A stretch of 64,000 nt of DNA, from NCBI GenBank assembly GCA_047495785.1, contig JBLDXI010000024.1, forward strand, positions 5,419,659 through 5,483,658, written 5' to 3'. Source of the DNA: Lepidodermella squamata (taxonomy: Eukaryota > Animalia > Gastrotricha). This document shows positions 37,034 through 49,700 of this stretch, piece after piece. The notes beneath the pieces are model-generated. The model worked only from the letters and a program-made list of their open reading frames with translations. It ran no database searches and was not told the DNA's origin. Positions within the stretch are counted from its first letter, which is position 1, and each line of letters starts with the position of its first letter. A program made the position numbers and the translations under genes.

Positions 37034-39733
37034 TTAATTTCCTTTAATTTCAGGCATCACAAAACCACCGGAGAAACTCGACGGTCATTCATTGATTACT
37101 TGATGGTACCTCAATATTTAAGAAAAAGCATTTTTGCCTGCGAAACAAGAGAAGATGCGTGTTTAGGCCCTGATCATTTTTTAGTATGCGCGCGAATGAG
37201 GTTCGAACTTGACCACAAACCAGATGAAGTTGAAGAGGCATGGCGCACGGCTCATGAGCGGCTAGAACAGCCGACATTTTCTTCTAAATTAAAGCGGGCA
37301 ATGGACCAAAAATTGATTGGTATAGATGAGACAACTTCAGCTGAAGATGTGTGGCTAAAACTAAAGGCGCTTGAGTCGGAAACGGCGAATATTTGTGGTA
37401 AAAAGCGGGTAAGGAAAAGCGGTAAACGAACTAGATGGTGGGGCAACAAAACTAGAAAAAAAGCAGCGACAAAAAAGCGGAAATTTAAATTGTTCGCGAA
37501 GGAGAGAAAACGCTTAGATAAACTTGGCGTTGCTGCTAGTGAAGATTTAAATAAATTATGGAACGATTACGTTGAGGAGCGTAACAGCGAAAAGAAAGTC
37601 ATAAAATAGGCTAAGGACGATGTCAAAAAGGAATTTGGAAATAAGTTTTATGCTCTCAGAGATAAGCCTCAGGAAGCACAGTCGCTCTTTTGGCATCTGG
37701 TCGCATCTCTAACCAAAGGTTCGGGCAAACACGACTATAAATTGGTGATTGAGGACGAAAACGGGAATATTTTATCCGACAAAATTCAAGTAGCTGACAG
37801 ATGGAGACGGTATTTCATGGGAGTCGTAGATGGCGTAGAAATATTAGCTGGCGAAATAAATAAATTAAATGAAAATTTTGAATTCACTAGTCAATGCGAA
37901 GCGCGCGTCTTGAAATCAATAACACGCGACGAGATTGAGCTTGCTATTTCAAAAGAAAAATTAGGAAAATCACCCGGTCTCGATGAAATTAGATTAGAAA
38001 TGCTCAACGCGCTACAAAATTCGAAAAGTGAATGGCTAGAGTCTCTCTTTAATAAAATATGGGCTGAAAAACGCGTTCCTGATGATTTTCTGAATTTAAT
38101 TCTGATCCCAGTGCCAAAAAAGGGAGATTTGAATAAGTGCAATAATTACCGCGGCATAAGTCTAATTAGTATCGTTGCAAAATGCTACGCGCGAATTCTT
38201 GAAAAGCGGTTTCGGGATGAAATAAATATATAACTGGAAGAATTTCAACATGGTTTTATGCAAAACAAAGGCACGGGTGACTGCACTTTCATATTAAGGC
38301 AAATCATGGAGAAAATTATTGAATTTAACCGGAGCATTTCTATAACTTTTATGGACCTGGAAAAGGCTTACGATTTTGTCGACCGCGAGCAAGTGTGGAA
38401 AGCGCTCGAAGACCTAGGAGTTTCTCGCGATCTTATAGATAATATTAAGGAATTATACAGGGATAGCATTGCTACTGTTCGAGTAAATGGTGTAAGCGCG
38501 AAACCCTCCCGGGTGACCAAGGGACTGAGACAAGGCTGCCCATTGTCGCCCCTGTTATTTATAGCGGTATTTAATGTAGTCTGCAAGAGAGTAAAATTAG
38601 AAAAGACCGGTATGCCTTTAACCGACGAAGAGTGGCTAATGTTACTAGCATTCGCGGATGATACTGCTTTATTATCGCAGGATTGGGGGAAAATGCAGCT
38701 AATTATAGATATTTTTGTTGAGGCATGTGGTCACTTGGGCTTGAAAATTAATGTTCCAAAAACTAAATTTATGAGGGTTAATAAAAATGACTGTAATTTA
38801 CATTTACCTTTTTCTATCTACGGGCAGTTCATTGAGGAAGTGGACCAGTTCGCTTATTTAGGAAGTATTATCACATCTGATGGTAAGTGTAAGACTGATA
38901 TAAGGACTCGTTTAGAAAAGGGCAATAAAGCCTTTGGTGCTATGCGTAAGTATATTTTTGGCAATCGATCTGTCCCAATCAAGGAAAAAATGAAATGTTT
39001 GAAGGGCGTTGTGGATGCGACTATCATGCATGGCAGCGAAAGTTGGACTATAACTTCTGAGGATGCGAGGCGACTCGACGTAGGTTATATGCGTTATTTG
39101 CGGAAAATATGCGGCGTAACACTTAGGGACAGGATTCGTAATGAGGCTGTTAGAAATATTTGTGGCACGGAACAATTTACATTCAAAATTGCTAGGCGGC
39201 AACTTCGCTGGTATGGGCACGTCGCTCGCATGGACCCCGTAAGGCTGGCGAGCCAGATGCGGTACTGGCAGCCGCCGGATGATACTTGGATTAGACCTCA
39301 AGGGCGACCGAAATTAAGGTGGATCGATTGTATTAGAAAACATCTGAACAAAATAGGGATTACAAATTTTGAGGAGGCCGACGCCCTGGCCCAGGATAGA
39401 ACTACTTGGCGACAAAAAATTCATAGTTATTTCGGGGAAATTGAAATATTGGATTAGATTCTAATCATTAGAACACGTTTTTTTGAGGTGGGTGATCAGG
39501 ATAGGTAGCTTGCTACCGGTCCTCCTCCGACACTCGGTACGCTTGGCGTGAATTTAATTACCATCACGCCCGGCGAACTGGGTACACCGGAGTGATTTTT
39601 ATTTTATCATTTTTCCTTCTCATTTTCCTTTGTACTATTAACCTTTGTTAATAATTGTTGAATATTGTTGAATAACAATATGCGAAGGAAAAGATGAAAT
39701 AAAGATAATGCTATGCTATGCTATGCTATGCTA
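37034..39733 (+). mobile_element. 5'-truncated RTE-clade LINE (APE tail plus RT) with two in-frame nonsense codons, an (ATGCT)n tail and an 11-bp TSD
   Basis: ORFs 37022..37609, 37742..38233 and 38258..39457 share one frame, broken only by TAG 37607 and TAA 38231. Motifs IDY, PDHFLV, GKSPGLD, NYRGISL, DLEKAYD, GLRQGCPLSPLLF, AFADD, LRWYGHVARM, RPQGRPKLRW. TSD TGATACGTACT at 37023-37033 and 39734-39744. Confidence 0.93.
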
Positions 39734-39776
39734 TGATACGTACTGCGTCGTAGCAGAGGAAAAAGCATAAAATGTA

Positions 39777-39860
39777 TGTCAGAAGTGGGATTCAAACCCA
39801 CGCCAGTAGAAACTGACTGCGACCTGAACGCAGCGCCTTGGACCGCTCGGCCATCCTGAC
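39777..39860 (-). tRNA. tRNA-Leu(CAG), with a C>T change in the T-loop
   Basis: GTCAGGATGGCCGAGCGGTCCAAGGCGCTGCGTTCAGGTCGCAG, long variable arm, then GGGTTTGAATCCC. Confidence 0.88.
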
Positions 39861-40022
39861 GAGATGGTGGACAAGATTGCTGATATCCTTGAGACGGCAT
39901 TTTGCAAAGCTAAGCTATCGCAAAGTGAGTAGAGCAAAGTAGTGTACCTGTTGCCAATATAAAACTAGCCGGCGACGCCGATCAGGGTGTATCGTTTCTG
40001 AAACTATCGAAGAAGCACTCAA

Positions 40023-40104
40023 GTCGCTATGCCCGAGTGGTTAAGGGGTCTGACTAGAAATCAGATGCGGTCTCCGCGCGTAGGTTCAAATCCTACTGGC
40101 GACG
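40023..40104 (+). tRNA. tRNA-Ser(AGA)
   Basis: GTCGCTATGCCCGAGTGGTTAAGGGGTCTGACTAGAAATCAGA with long variable arm, intact. Confidence 0.93.
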
Positions 40105-40179
40105 ACAGTTATTTTTGCATTATAACGACTGAAACTCAGTTCTGCAGTTAGCCTCCAGAACAGTCCTCGCTTTCATCAG

Positions 40180-40251
40180 GCGTCAGTGGTGTAACGGTCA
40201 GCATGGTTGCCTTCCAAGCAGCCGATCCGGGTTCGACTCCCGGCTGACGCA
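40180..40251 (+). tRNA. tRNA-Gly(TCC)
   Basis: GCGTCAGTGGTGTAACGGTCAGCATGGTTGCCTTCCAAGCAGCC...CTGACGCA, intact with oligo-T terminator. Confidence 0.94.
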
Positions 40252-40330
40252 CACGTTTTTAGCTCACACGTTTGAAAGCAATTGCTAGTGACGAGATTAA
40301 AGCTGTCCTTCCCAAAAGCAGCGTTCGAGA

Positions 40331-40402
40331 GGTCCCATGGTGTAGCGGTTAGCACTCTGGACTCTGAATCCAGCGACTCGAGTTCGATTCTCGATGGATA
40401 CC
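40331..40402 (+). tRNA. tRNA-Gln(CTG), 3' acceptor strand disrupted at the transposon junction
   Basis: GGTCCCATGGTGTAGCGGTTAGCACTCTGGACTCTGAATCCAG...CTCGATGG then ATACCGTA instead of GACCT. Confidence 0.85.
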
Positions 40403-40757
40403 GTATTTCATCGATTAATAGCCTCCCTCGAATAATAGCCCGAAATTTTCCGCTATTTTAAGCATTTAAAAGTAAATAATAGCCCCCCTCGAATAATAGC
40501 CACGCTATGCCTTGTCCGAAGCAGGTGGCGCGCTGGAGGATGGAAAAAGCTATCCTAATTGCGTCGCCTTATACTGCTAAGCGGATTAAAGGTGATGGAC
40601 GTAAGCCGTTGTTTGTTGATGTCGAGGATTAATTAGCAGCGTGGGTAAAAAACAGAGAATTCAACAGCGCAAACGAGTTGCGATGATGAAATTTGCCAAT
40701 TGCCAATAAATAATAGCCCCCCTCGAATAATAGCCCTCTCAAATAATTGCCTCGGCT
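40399..40757 (+). mobile_element. pogo/Tc2-type (Tc1-mariner superfamily) DNA transposon remnant, right end cut off by the satellite
   Basis: TA plus CCGTATTTCATCGATTAATAGCC terminus; about seven AATAATAGCC-like subterminal repeats. The decayed peptide KQVARWRMEK...KRIKGDGRKPLFVDVED*LAAWVK resembles the pogo transposase linker and CENP-B HTH helix 1. Confidence 0.72.
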
Positions 40758-43700
40758 GTGCGTGATTTGGCCGGTTTCAGGATGATGCGGAACATGGGCG
40801 ACACGTGCAAGGGCTGCTAATAGCGATTCCAGCCAGTTTTGGCTGGCAGCGAAATACCGGTCATCCGAATTGTACGCGAATCGCCTGCAAACGTGTTTGC
40901 GCTTGCTGCCACTAACAAATAGAGCACGGCTATGCGTGATTTGCCCGGTTTCAGGATGATGCCGAACATGGGCGACACGTGCAAGGGCTGCTAATAGCGA
41001 TTCCAGCCAGTTTTGGCTGGCAGCGAAATACCGGTCATCCGAATTGTACGCGAATCGCCTGCAAACGTGTTTTCGCTTGCTGCCACTAACGAATAGAGCA
41101 GGGCTATGCGTGATTTGCCCGGTTTCAGGATGATGCCGAACATGGGCGACACGAGCAAGGGCTGCTAATAGCGATTCCAGCCAGTTTTGGCTGGCAGCGA
41201 AATACCGGTCATCCGAATTGTACGCGAATCGCCTGCAAACGTGTTTGCGCTTGCTGCCACTAACAAATAGAGCACGGCTATGCGTGATTTGCCCGGTTTC
41301 AGGATGATGCCGAACATGGGCGACACGTGCAAGGGCTGCTAATAGCGATTCCAGCCAGTTTTGGCTGGCAGCGAAATACCGGTCATCCGAATTGTACGCG
41401 AATCGCCTGCAAACGTGTTTTCGCTTGCTGCCACTAACGAATAGAGCAGGGCTATGCGTGATTTGCCCGGTTTCAGGATGATGCCGAACATGGGCGACAC
41501 GAGCAAGGGCTGCTAATAGCGATTCCAGCCAGTTTTGGCTGGCAGCGAAATACCGGTCATCCGAATTGTACGCGAATCGCCTGCAAACGTGTTTGCGCTT
41601 GCTGCCACTAACAAATAGAGCACGGCTATGCGTGATTTGCCCGGTTTCAGGATGATGCCGAACATGGGCGACACGTGCAAGGGCTGCTAATAGCGATTCC
41701 AGCCAGTTTTGGCTGGCAGCGAAATACCGGTCATCCGAATTGTACGCGAATCGCCTGCAAACGTGTTTGCGCTTGCTGCCACTAACGAATAGAGCAGGGC
41801 TATGCGTGATTTGCCCGGTTTCAGGATGATGCCGAACATGGGCGACACGAGCAAGGGCTGCTAATAGCGATTCCAGCCAGTTTTGGCTGGCAGCGAAATA
41901 CCGGTCATCCGAATTGTACGCGAATCGCCTGCAAACGTGTTTTCGCTTGCTGCCACTAACGAATAGAGCAGGGCTATGCGTGATTTGCCCGGTTTCAGGA
42001 TGATGCCGAACATGGGCGACACGAGCAAGGGCTGCTAATAGCGATTCCAGCCAGTTTTGGCTGGCAGCGAAATACCGGTCATCCGAATTGTACGCGAATC
42101 GCCTGCAAACGTGTTTGCGCTTGCTGCCACTAACGAATAGAGCAGGGCTATGCGTGATTTGCCCGGTTTCAGGATGATGCCGAACATGGGCGACACGAGC
42201 AAGGGCTGCTAATAGCGATTCCAGCCAGTTTTGGCTGGCAGCGAAATACCGGTCATCCGAATTGTACGCGAATCGCCTGCAAACGTGTTTGCGCTTGCTG
42301 CCACTAACGAATAGAGCACGGCTATGCGTGATTTCGCCGGTTTCAGGATGATGCCGAACATGGGCGACACGTGCAAGGGCTGCTAATAGCGATTCCAGCC
42401 AGTTTTGGCTGGCAGCGAAATACCGGTCATCCGAATTGTACGCGAATCGCCTGCATACGTGTTTGCGCTTGCTGCCACTAACAAATAGAGCACGGCTATG
42501 CGTGATTTGCCCGGTTTCAGGATGATGCCGAACATGGGCGACACGTGCAAGGGCTGCTAATAGCGATTCCAGCCAGTTTTGGCTGCCAGCGAAATACCGG
42601 TCATCCGAATTGTACGCGAATCGCCTGCAAACGTGTTTGCGCTTGCTGCCACTAACGAATAGAGCACGGCTATGCGTAATTTGCCCGGTTTCAGGATGAT
42701 GCCGAACATGGGCGACACGTGCAAGGGCTGCTAATAGCGATTCCAGCCAGTTTTGGCTGGCAGCGAAATACCGGTCATCCGAATTGTACGCGAATCGCCT
42801 GCAAACGTGTTTTCGCTTGCTGCCACTAACGAATAGAGCAGGGCTATGCGTGATTTCCCCGGTTTCAGGATGATGCCGAACATGGGCGACACGTGCAAGG
42901 GCTGCTAATAGCGATTCCAGCCAGTTTTGGCTGGCAGCGAAATACCGGTCATCCGAATTGTACGCGAATCGCCTGCAAACGTGTTTGCGCTTGCTGCCAC
43001 TAACGAATAGAGCAGGGCTATGCGTGATTTGCCCGGTTTCAGGATGATGCCGAACATGGGCGACACGAGCAAGGGCTGCTAATAGCGATTCCAGCCAGTT
43101 TTGGCTGGCAGCGAAATACCGGTCATCCGAATTGTACGCGAATCGCCTGCAAACGTGTTTGCGCTTGCTGCCACTAACGAATAGAGCAGGGCTATGCGTG
43201 ATTTGCCCGGTTTCAGGATGATGCCGAACATGGGCGACACGAGCAAGGGCTGCTAATAGCGATTCCAGCCAGTTTTGGCTGGCAGCGAAATACCGGTCAT
43301 CCGAATTGTACGCGAATCGCCTGCAAACGTGTTTGCGCTTGCTGCCACTAACGAATAGAGCAGGGCTATGCGTGATTTGCCCGGTTTCAGGATGATGCCG
43401 AACATGGGCGACACGAGCAAGGGCTGCTAATAGCGATTCCAGCCAGTTTTGGCTGGCAGCGAAATACCGGTCATCCGAATTGTACGCGAATCGCCTGCAA
43501 ACGTGTTTGCGCTTGCTGCCACTAACGAATAGAGCACGGCTATGCGTGATTTCGCCGGTTTCAGGATGATGCCGAACATGGGCGACACGTGCAAGGGCTG
43601 CTAATAGCGATTCCAGCCAGTTTTGGCTGGCAGCGAAATACCGGTCATCCGAATTGTACGCGAATCGCCTGCATACGTGTTTGCGCTTGCTGCCACTAAC

Positions 43701-46700
43701 AAATAGAGCACGGCTATGCGTGATTTGCCCGGTTTCAGGATGATGCCGAACATGGGCGACACGTGCAAGGGCTGCTAATAGCGATTCCAGCCAGTTTTGG
43801 CTGCCAGCGAAATACCGGTCATCCGAATTGTACGCGAATCGCCTGCAAACGTGTTTGCGCTTGCTGCCACTAACGAATAGAGCACGGCTATGCGTGATTT
43901 CCCCGGTTTCAGGATGATGCCGAACATGGGCGACACGAGCAAGGGCTGCTAATAGCGATTCCAGCCAGTTTTGGCTGGCAGCGAAATACCGGTCATCCGA
44001 ATTGTACGCGAATCGCCTGCAAACGTGTTTGCGCTTGCTGCCACTAACAAATAGAGCACGGCTATGCGTGATTTGCCCGGTTTCAGGATGATGCCGAACA
44101 TGGGCGACACGTGCAAGGGCTGCTAATAGCGATTCCAGCCAGTTTTGGCTGGCAGCGAAATACCGGTCATCCGAATTGTACGCGAATCGCCTGCATACGT
44201 GTTTGCGCTTGCTGCCACTAACAAATAGAGCACGGCTATGCGTGATTTGCCCGGTTTCAGGATGATGCCGAACATGGGCGACACGAGCAAGGGCTGCTAA
44301 TAGCGATTCCAGCCAGTTTTGGCTGGCAGCGAAATACCGGTCATCCGAATTGTACGCGAATCGCCTGCAAACGTGTTTGCGCTTGCTGCCACTAACAAAT
44401 AGAGCACGGCTATGCGTGATTTGCCCGGTTTCAGGATGATGCCGAACATGGGCGACACGTGCAAGGGCTGCTAATAGCGATTCCAGCCAGTTTTGGCTGG
44501 CAGCGAAATACCGGTCATCCGAATTGTACGCGAATCGCCTGCATACGTGTTTGCGCTTGCTGCCACTAACAAATAGAGCACGGCTATGCGTGATTTGCCC
44601 GGTTTCAGGATGATGCCGAACATGGGCGACACGAGCAAGGGCTGCTAATAGCGATTCCAGCCAGTTTTGGCTGGCAGCGAAATACCGGTCATCCGAATTG
44701 TACGCGAATCGCCTGCAAACGTGTTTTCGCTTGCTGCCACTAACGAATAGAGCAGGGCTATGCGTGATTTCCCCGGTTTCAGGATGATGCCGAACATGGG
44801 CGACACGTGCAAGGGCTGCTAATAGCGATTCCAGCCAGTTTTGGCTGGCAGCGAAATACCGGTCATCCGAATTGTACGCGAATCGCCTGCAAACGTGTTT
44901 GCGCTTGCTGCCACTAACGAATAGAGCAGGGCTATGCGTGATTTGCCCGGTTTCAGGATGATGCCGAACATGGGCGACACGAGCAAGGGCTGCTAATAGC
45001 GATTCCAGCCAGTTTTGGCTGGCAGCGAAATACCGGTCATCCGAATTGTACGCGAATCGCCTGCAAACGTGTTTGCGCTTGCTGCCACTAACGAATAGAG
45101 CACGGCTATGCGTGATTTCGCCGGTTTCAGGATGATGCCGAACATGGGCGACACGTGCAAGGGCTGCTAATAGCGATTCCAGCCAGTTTTGGCTGGCAGC
45201 GAAATACCGGTCATCCGAATTGTATGCGAATCGCCTGCATACGTGTTTGCGCTTGCTGCCACTAACAAATAGAGCACGGCTATGCGTGATTTGCCCGGTT
45301 TCAGGATGATGCCGAACATGGGCGACACGTGCAAGGGCTGCTAATAGCGATTCCAGCCAGTTTTGGCTGCCAGCGAAATACCGGTCATCCGAATTGTACG
45401 CGAATCGCCTGCAAACGTGTTTGCGCTTGCTGCCACTAACGAATAGAGCACGGCTATGCGTGATTTCGCCGGTTTCAGGATGATGCCGAACATGGGCGAC
45501 ACGTGCAAGGGCTGCTAATAGCGATTCCAGCCAGTTTTGGCTGGCAGCGAAATACCGGTCATCCGAATTGTACGCGAATCGCCTGCATACGTGTTTGCGC
45601 TTGCTGCCACTAACAAATAGAGCACGGCTATGCGTGATTTGCCCGGTTTCAGGATGATGCCGAACATGGGCGACACGTGCAAGGGCTGCTAATAGCGATT
45701 CCAGCCAGTTTTGGCTGCCAGCGAAATACCGGTCATCCGAATTGTACGCGAATCGCCTGCAAACGTGTTTGCGCTTGCTGCCACTAACGAATAGAGCACG
45801 GCTATGCGTGATTTCCCCGGTTTCAGGATGATGCCGAACATGGGCGACACGAGCAAGGGCTGCTAATAGCGATTCCAGCCAGTTTTGGCTGGCAGCGAAA
45901 TACCGGTCATCCGAATTGTACGCGAATCGCCTGCAAACGTGTTTGCGCTTGCTGCCACTAACGAATAGAGCACGGCTATGCGTAATTTGCCCGGTTTCAG
46001 GATGATGCCGAACATGGGCGACACGTGCAAGGGCTGCTAATAGCGATTCCAGCCAGTTTTGGCTGGCAGCGAAATACCGGTCATCCGAATTGTACGCGAA
46101 TCGCCTGCAAACGTGTTTGCGCTTGCTGCCACTAACGAATAGAGCACGGCTATGCGTGATTTCGCCGGTTTCAGGATGATGCCGAACATGGGCGACACGT
46201 GCAAGGGCTGCTAATAGCGATTCCAGCCAGTTTTGGCTGGCAGCGAAATACCGGTCATCCGAATTGTACGCGAATCGCCTGCATACGTGTTTGCGCTTGC
46301 TGCCACTAACAAATAGAGCACGGCTATGCGTGATTTGCCCGGTTTCAGGATGATGCCGAACATGGGCGACACGTGCAAGGGCTGCTAATAGCGATTCCAG
46401 CCAGTTTTGGCTGCCAGCGAAATACCGGTCATCCGAATTGTACGCGAATCGCCTGCAAACGTGTTTGCGCTTGCTGCCACTAACGAATAGAGCACGGCTA
46501 TGCGTAATTTGCCCGGTTTCAGGATGATGCCGAACATGGGCGACACGTGCAAGGGCTGCTAATAGCGATTCCAGCCAGTTTTGGCTGGCAGCGAAATACC
46601 GGTCATCCGAATTGTACGCGAATCGCCTGCAAACGTGTTTGCGCTTGCTGCCACTAACAAATAGAGCACGGCTATGCGTGATTTGCCCGGTTTCAGGATG

Positions 46701-49700
46701 ATGCCGAACATGGGCGACACGTGCAAGGGCTGCTAATAGCGATTCCAGCCAGTTTTGGCTGGCAGCGAAATACCGGTCATCCGAATTGTACGCGAATCGC
46801 CTGCAAACGTGTTTTCGCTTGCTGCCACTAACGAATAGAGCAGGGCTATGCGTGATTTCGCCGGTTTCAGGATGATGCCGAACATGGGCGACACGTGCAA
46901 GGGCTGCTAATAGCGATTCCAGCCAGTTTTGGCTGGCAGCGAAATACCGGTCATCCGAATTGTACGCGAATCGCCTGCATACGTGTTTGCGCTTGCTGCC
47001 ACTAACAAATAGAGCACGGCTATGCGTGATTTGCCCGGTTTCAGGATGATGCCGAACATGGGCGACACGTGCAAGGGCTGCTAATAGCGATTCCAGCCAG
47101 TTTTGGCTGCCAGCGAAATACCGGTCATCCGAATTGTACGCGAATCGCCTGCAAACGTGTTTGCGCTTGCTGCCACTAACGAATAGAGCACGGCTATGCG
47201 TAATTTGCCCGGTTTCAGGATGATGCCGAACATGGGCGACACGTGCAAGGGCTGCTAATAGCGATTCCAGCCAGTTTTGGCTGGCAGCGAAATACCGGTC
47301 ATCCGAATTGTACGCGAATCGCCTGCAAACGTGTTTTCGCTTGCTGCCACTAACGAATAGAGCAGGGCTATGCGTGATTTCCCCGGTTTCAGGATGATGC
47401 CGAACATGGGCGACACGTGCAAGGGCTGCTAATAGCGATTCCAGCCAGTTTTGGCTGGCAGCGAAATACCGGTCATCCGAATTGTACGCGAATCGCCTGC
47501 AAACGTGTTTGCGCTTGCTGCCACTAACGAATAGAGCAGGGCTATGCGTGATTTGCCCGGTTTCAGGATGATGCCGAACATGGGCGACACGAGCAAGGGC
47601 TGCTAATAGCGATTCCAGCCAGTTTTGGCTGGCAGCGAAATACCGGTCATCCGAATTGTACGCGAATCGCCTGCAAACGTGTTTGCGCTTGCTGCCACTA
47701 ACGAATAGAGCACGGCTATGCGTGATTTCGCCGGTTTCAGGATGATGCCGAACATGGGCGACACGTGCAAGGGCTGCTAATAGCGATTCCAGCCAGTTTT
47801 GGCTGCCAGCGAAATACCGGTCATCCGAATTGTACGCGAATCGCCTGCAAACGTGTTTGCGCTTGCTGCCACTAACGAATAGAGCACGGCTATGCGTGAT
47901 TTCCCCGGTTTCAGGATGATGCCGAACATGGGCGACACGAGCAAGGGCTGCTAATAGCGATTCCAGCCAGTTTTGGCTGGCAGCGAAATACCGGTCATCC
48001 GAATTGTACGCGAATCGCCTGCAAACGTGTTTGCGCTTGCTGCCACTAACAAATAGAGCACGGCTATGCGTGATTTGCCCGGTTTCAGGATGATGCCGAA
48101 CATGGGCGACACGTGCAAGGGCTGCTAATAGCGATTCCAGCCAGTTTTGGCTGGCAGCGAAATACCGGTCATCCGAATTGTACGCGAATCGCCTGCATAC
48201 GTGTTTGCGCTTGCTGCCACTAACAAATAGAGCACGGCTATGCGTGATTTGCCCGGTTTCAGGATGATGCCGAACATGGGCGACACGAGCAAGGGCTGCT
48301 AATAGCGATTCCAGCCAGTTTTGGCTGGCAGCGAAATACCGGTCATCCGAATTGTACGCGAATCGCCTGCAAACGTGTTTGCGCTTGCTGCCACTAACAA
48401 ATAGAGCACGGCTATGCGTGATTTGCCCGGTTTCAGGATGATGCCGAACATGGGCGACACGTGCAAGGGCTGCTAATAGCGATTCCAGCCAGTTTTGGCT
48501 GGCAGCGAAATACCGGTCATCCGAATTGTACGCGAATCGCCTGCATACGTGTTTGCGCTTGCTGCCACTAACAAATAGAGCACGGCTATGCGTGATTTGC
48601 CCGGTTTCAGGATGATGCCGAACATGGGCGACACGAGCAAGGGCTGCTAATAGCGATTCCAGCCAGTTTTGGCTGGCAGCGAAATACCGGTCATCCGAAT
48701 TGTACGCGAATCGCCTGCAAACGTGTTTTCGCTTGCTGCCACTAACGAATAGAGCAGGGCTATGCGTGATTTCCCCGGTTTCAGGATGATGCCGAACATG
48801 GGCGACACGTGCAAGGGCTGCTAATAGCGATTCCAGCCAGTTTTGGCTGGCAGCGAAATACCGGTCATCCGAATTGTACGCGAATCGCCTGCAAACGTGT
48901 TTGCGCTTGCTGCCACTAACAAATAGAGCACGGCTATGCGTGATTTGCCCGGTTTCAGGATGATGCCGAACATGGGCGACACGTGCAAGGGCTGCTAATA
49001 GCGATTCCAGCCAGTTTTGGCTGCCAGCGAAATACCGGTCATCCGAATTGTACGCGAATCGCCTGCAAACGTGTTTGCGCTTGCTGCCACTAACGAATAG
49101 AGCACGGCTATGCGTGATTTCCCCGGTTTCAGGATGATGCCGAACATGGGCGACACGAGCAAGGGCTGCTAATAGCGATTCCAGCCAGTTTTGGCTGGCA
49201 GCGAAATACCGGTCATCCGAATTGTACGCGAATCGCCTGCAAACGTGTTTGCGCTTGCTGCCACTAACAAATAGAGCACGGCTATGCGTGATTTGCCCGG
49301 TTTCAGGATGATGCCGAACATGGGCGACACGTGCAAGGGCTGCTAATAGCGATTCCAGCCAGTTTTGGCTGGCAGCGAAATACCGGTCATCCGAATTGTA
49401 CGCGAATCGCCTGCATACGTGTTTGCGCTTGCTGCCACTAACAAATAGAGCACGGCTATGCGTGATTTGCCCGGTTTCAGGATGATGCCGAACATGGGCG
49501 ACACGAGCAAGGGCTGCTAATAGCGATTCCAGCCAGTTTTGGCTGGCAGCGAAATACCGGTCATCCGAATTGTACGCGAATCGCCTGCAAACGTGTTTGC
49601 GCTTGCTGCCACTAACGAATAGAGCAGGGCTATGCGTGATTTCCCCGGTTTCAGGATGATGCCGAACATGGGCGACACGTGCAAGGGCTGCTAATAGCGA

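Noticed and set aside
37034-37053. Splice-acceptor-like TTTAATTTCAG at the LINE 5' end
   Set aside because: More simply a short duplicated junction sequence (ttaatttc twice) at a 5'-truncation point; no donor or exon context.
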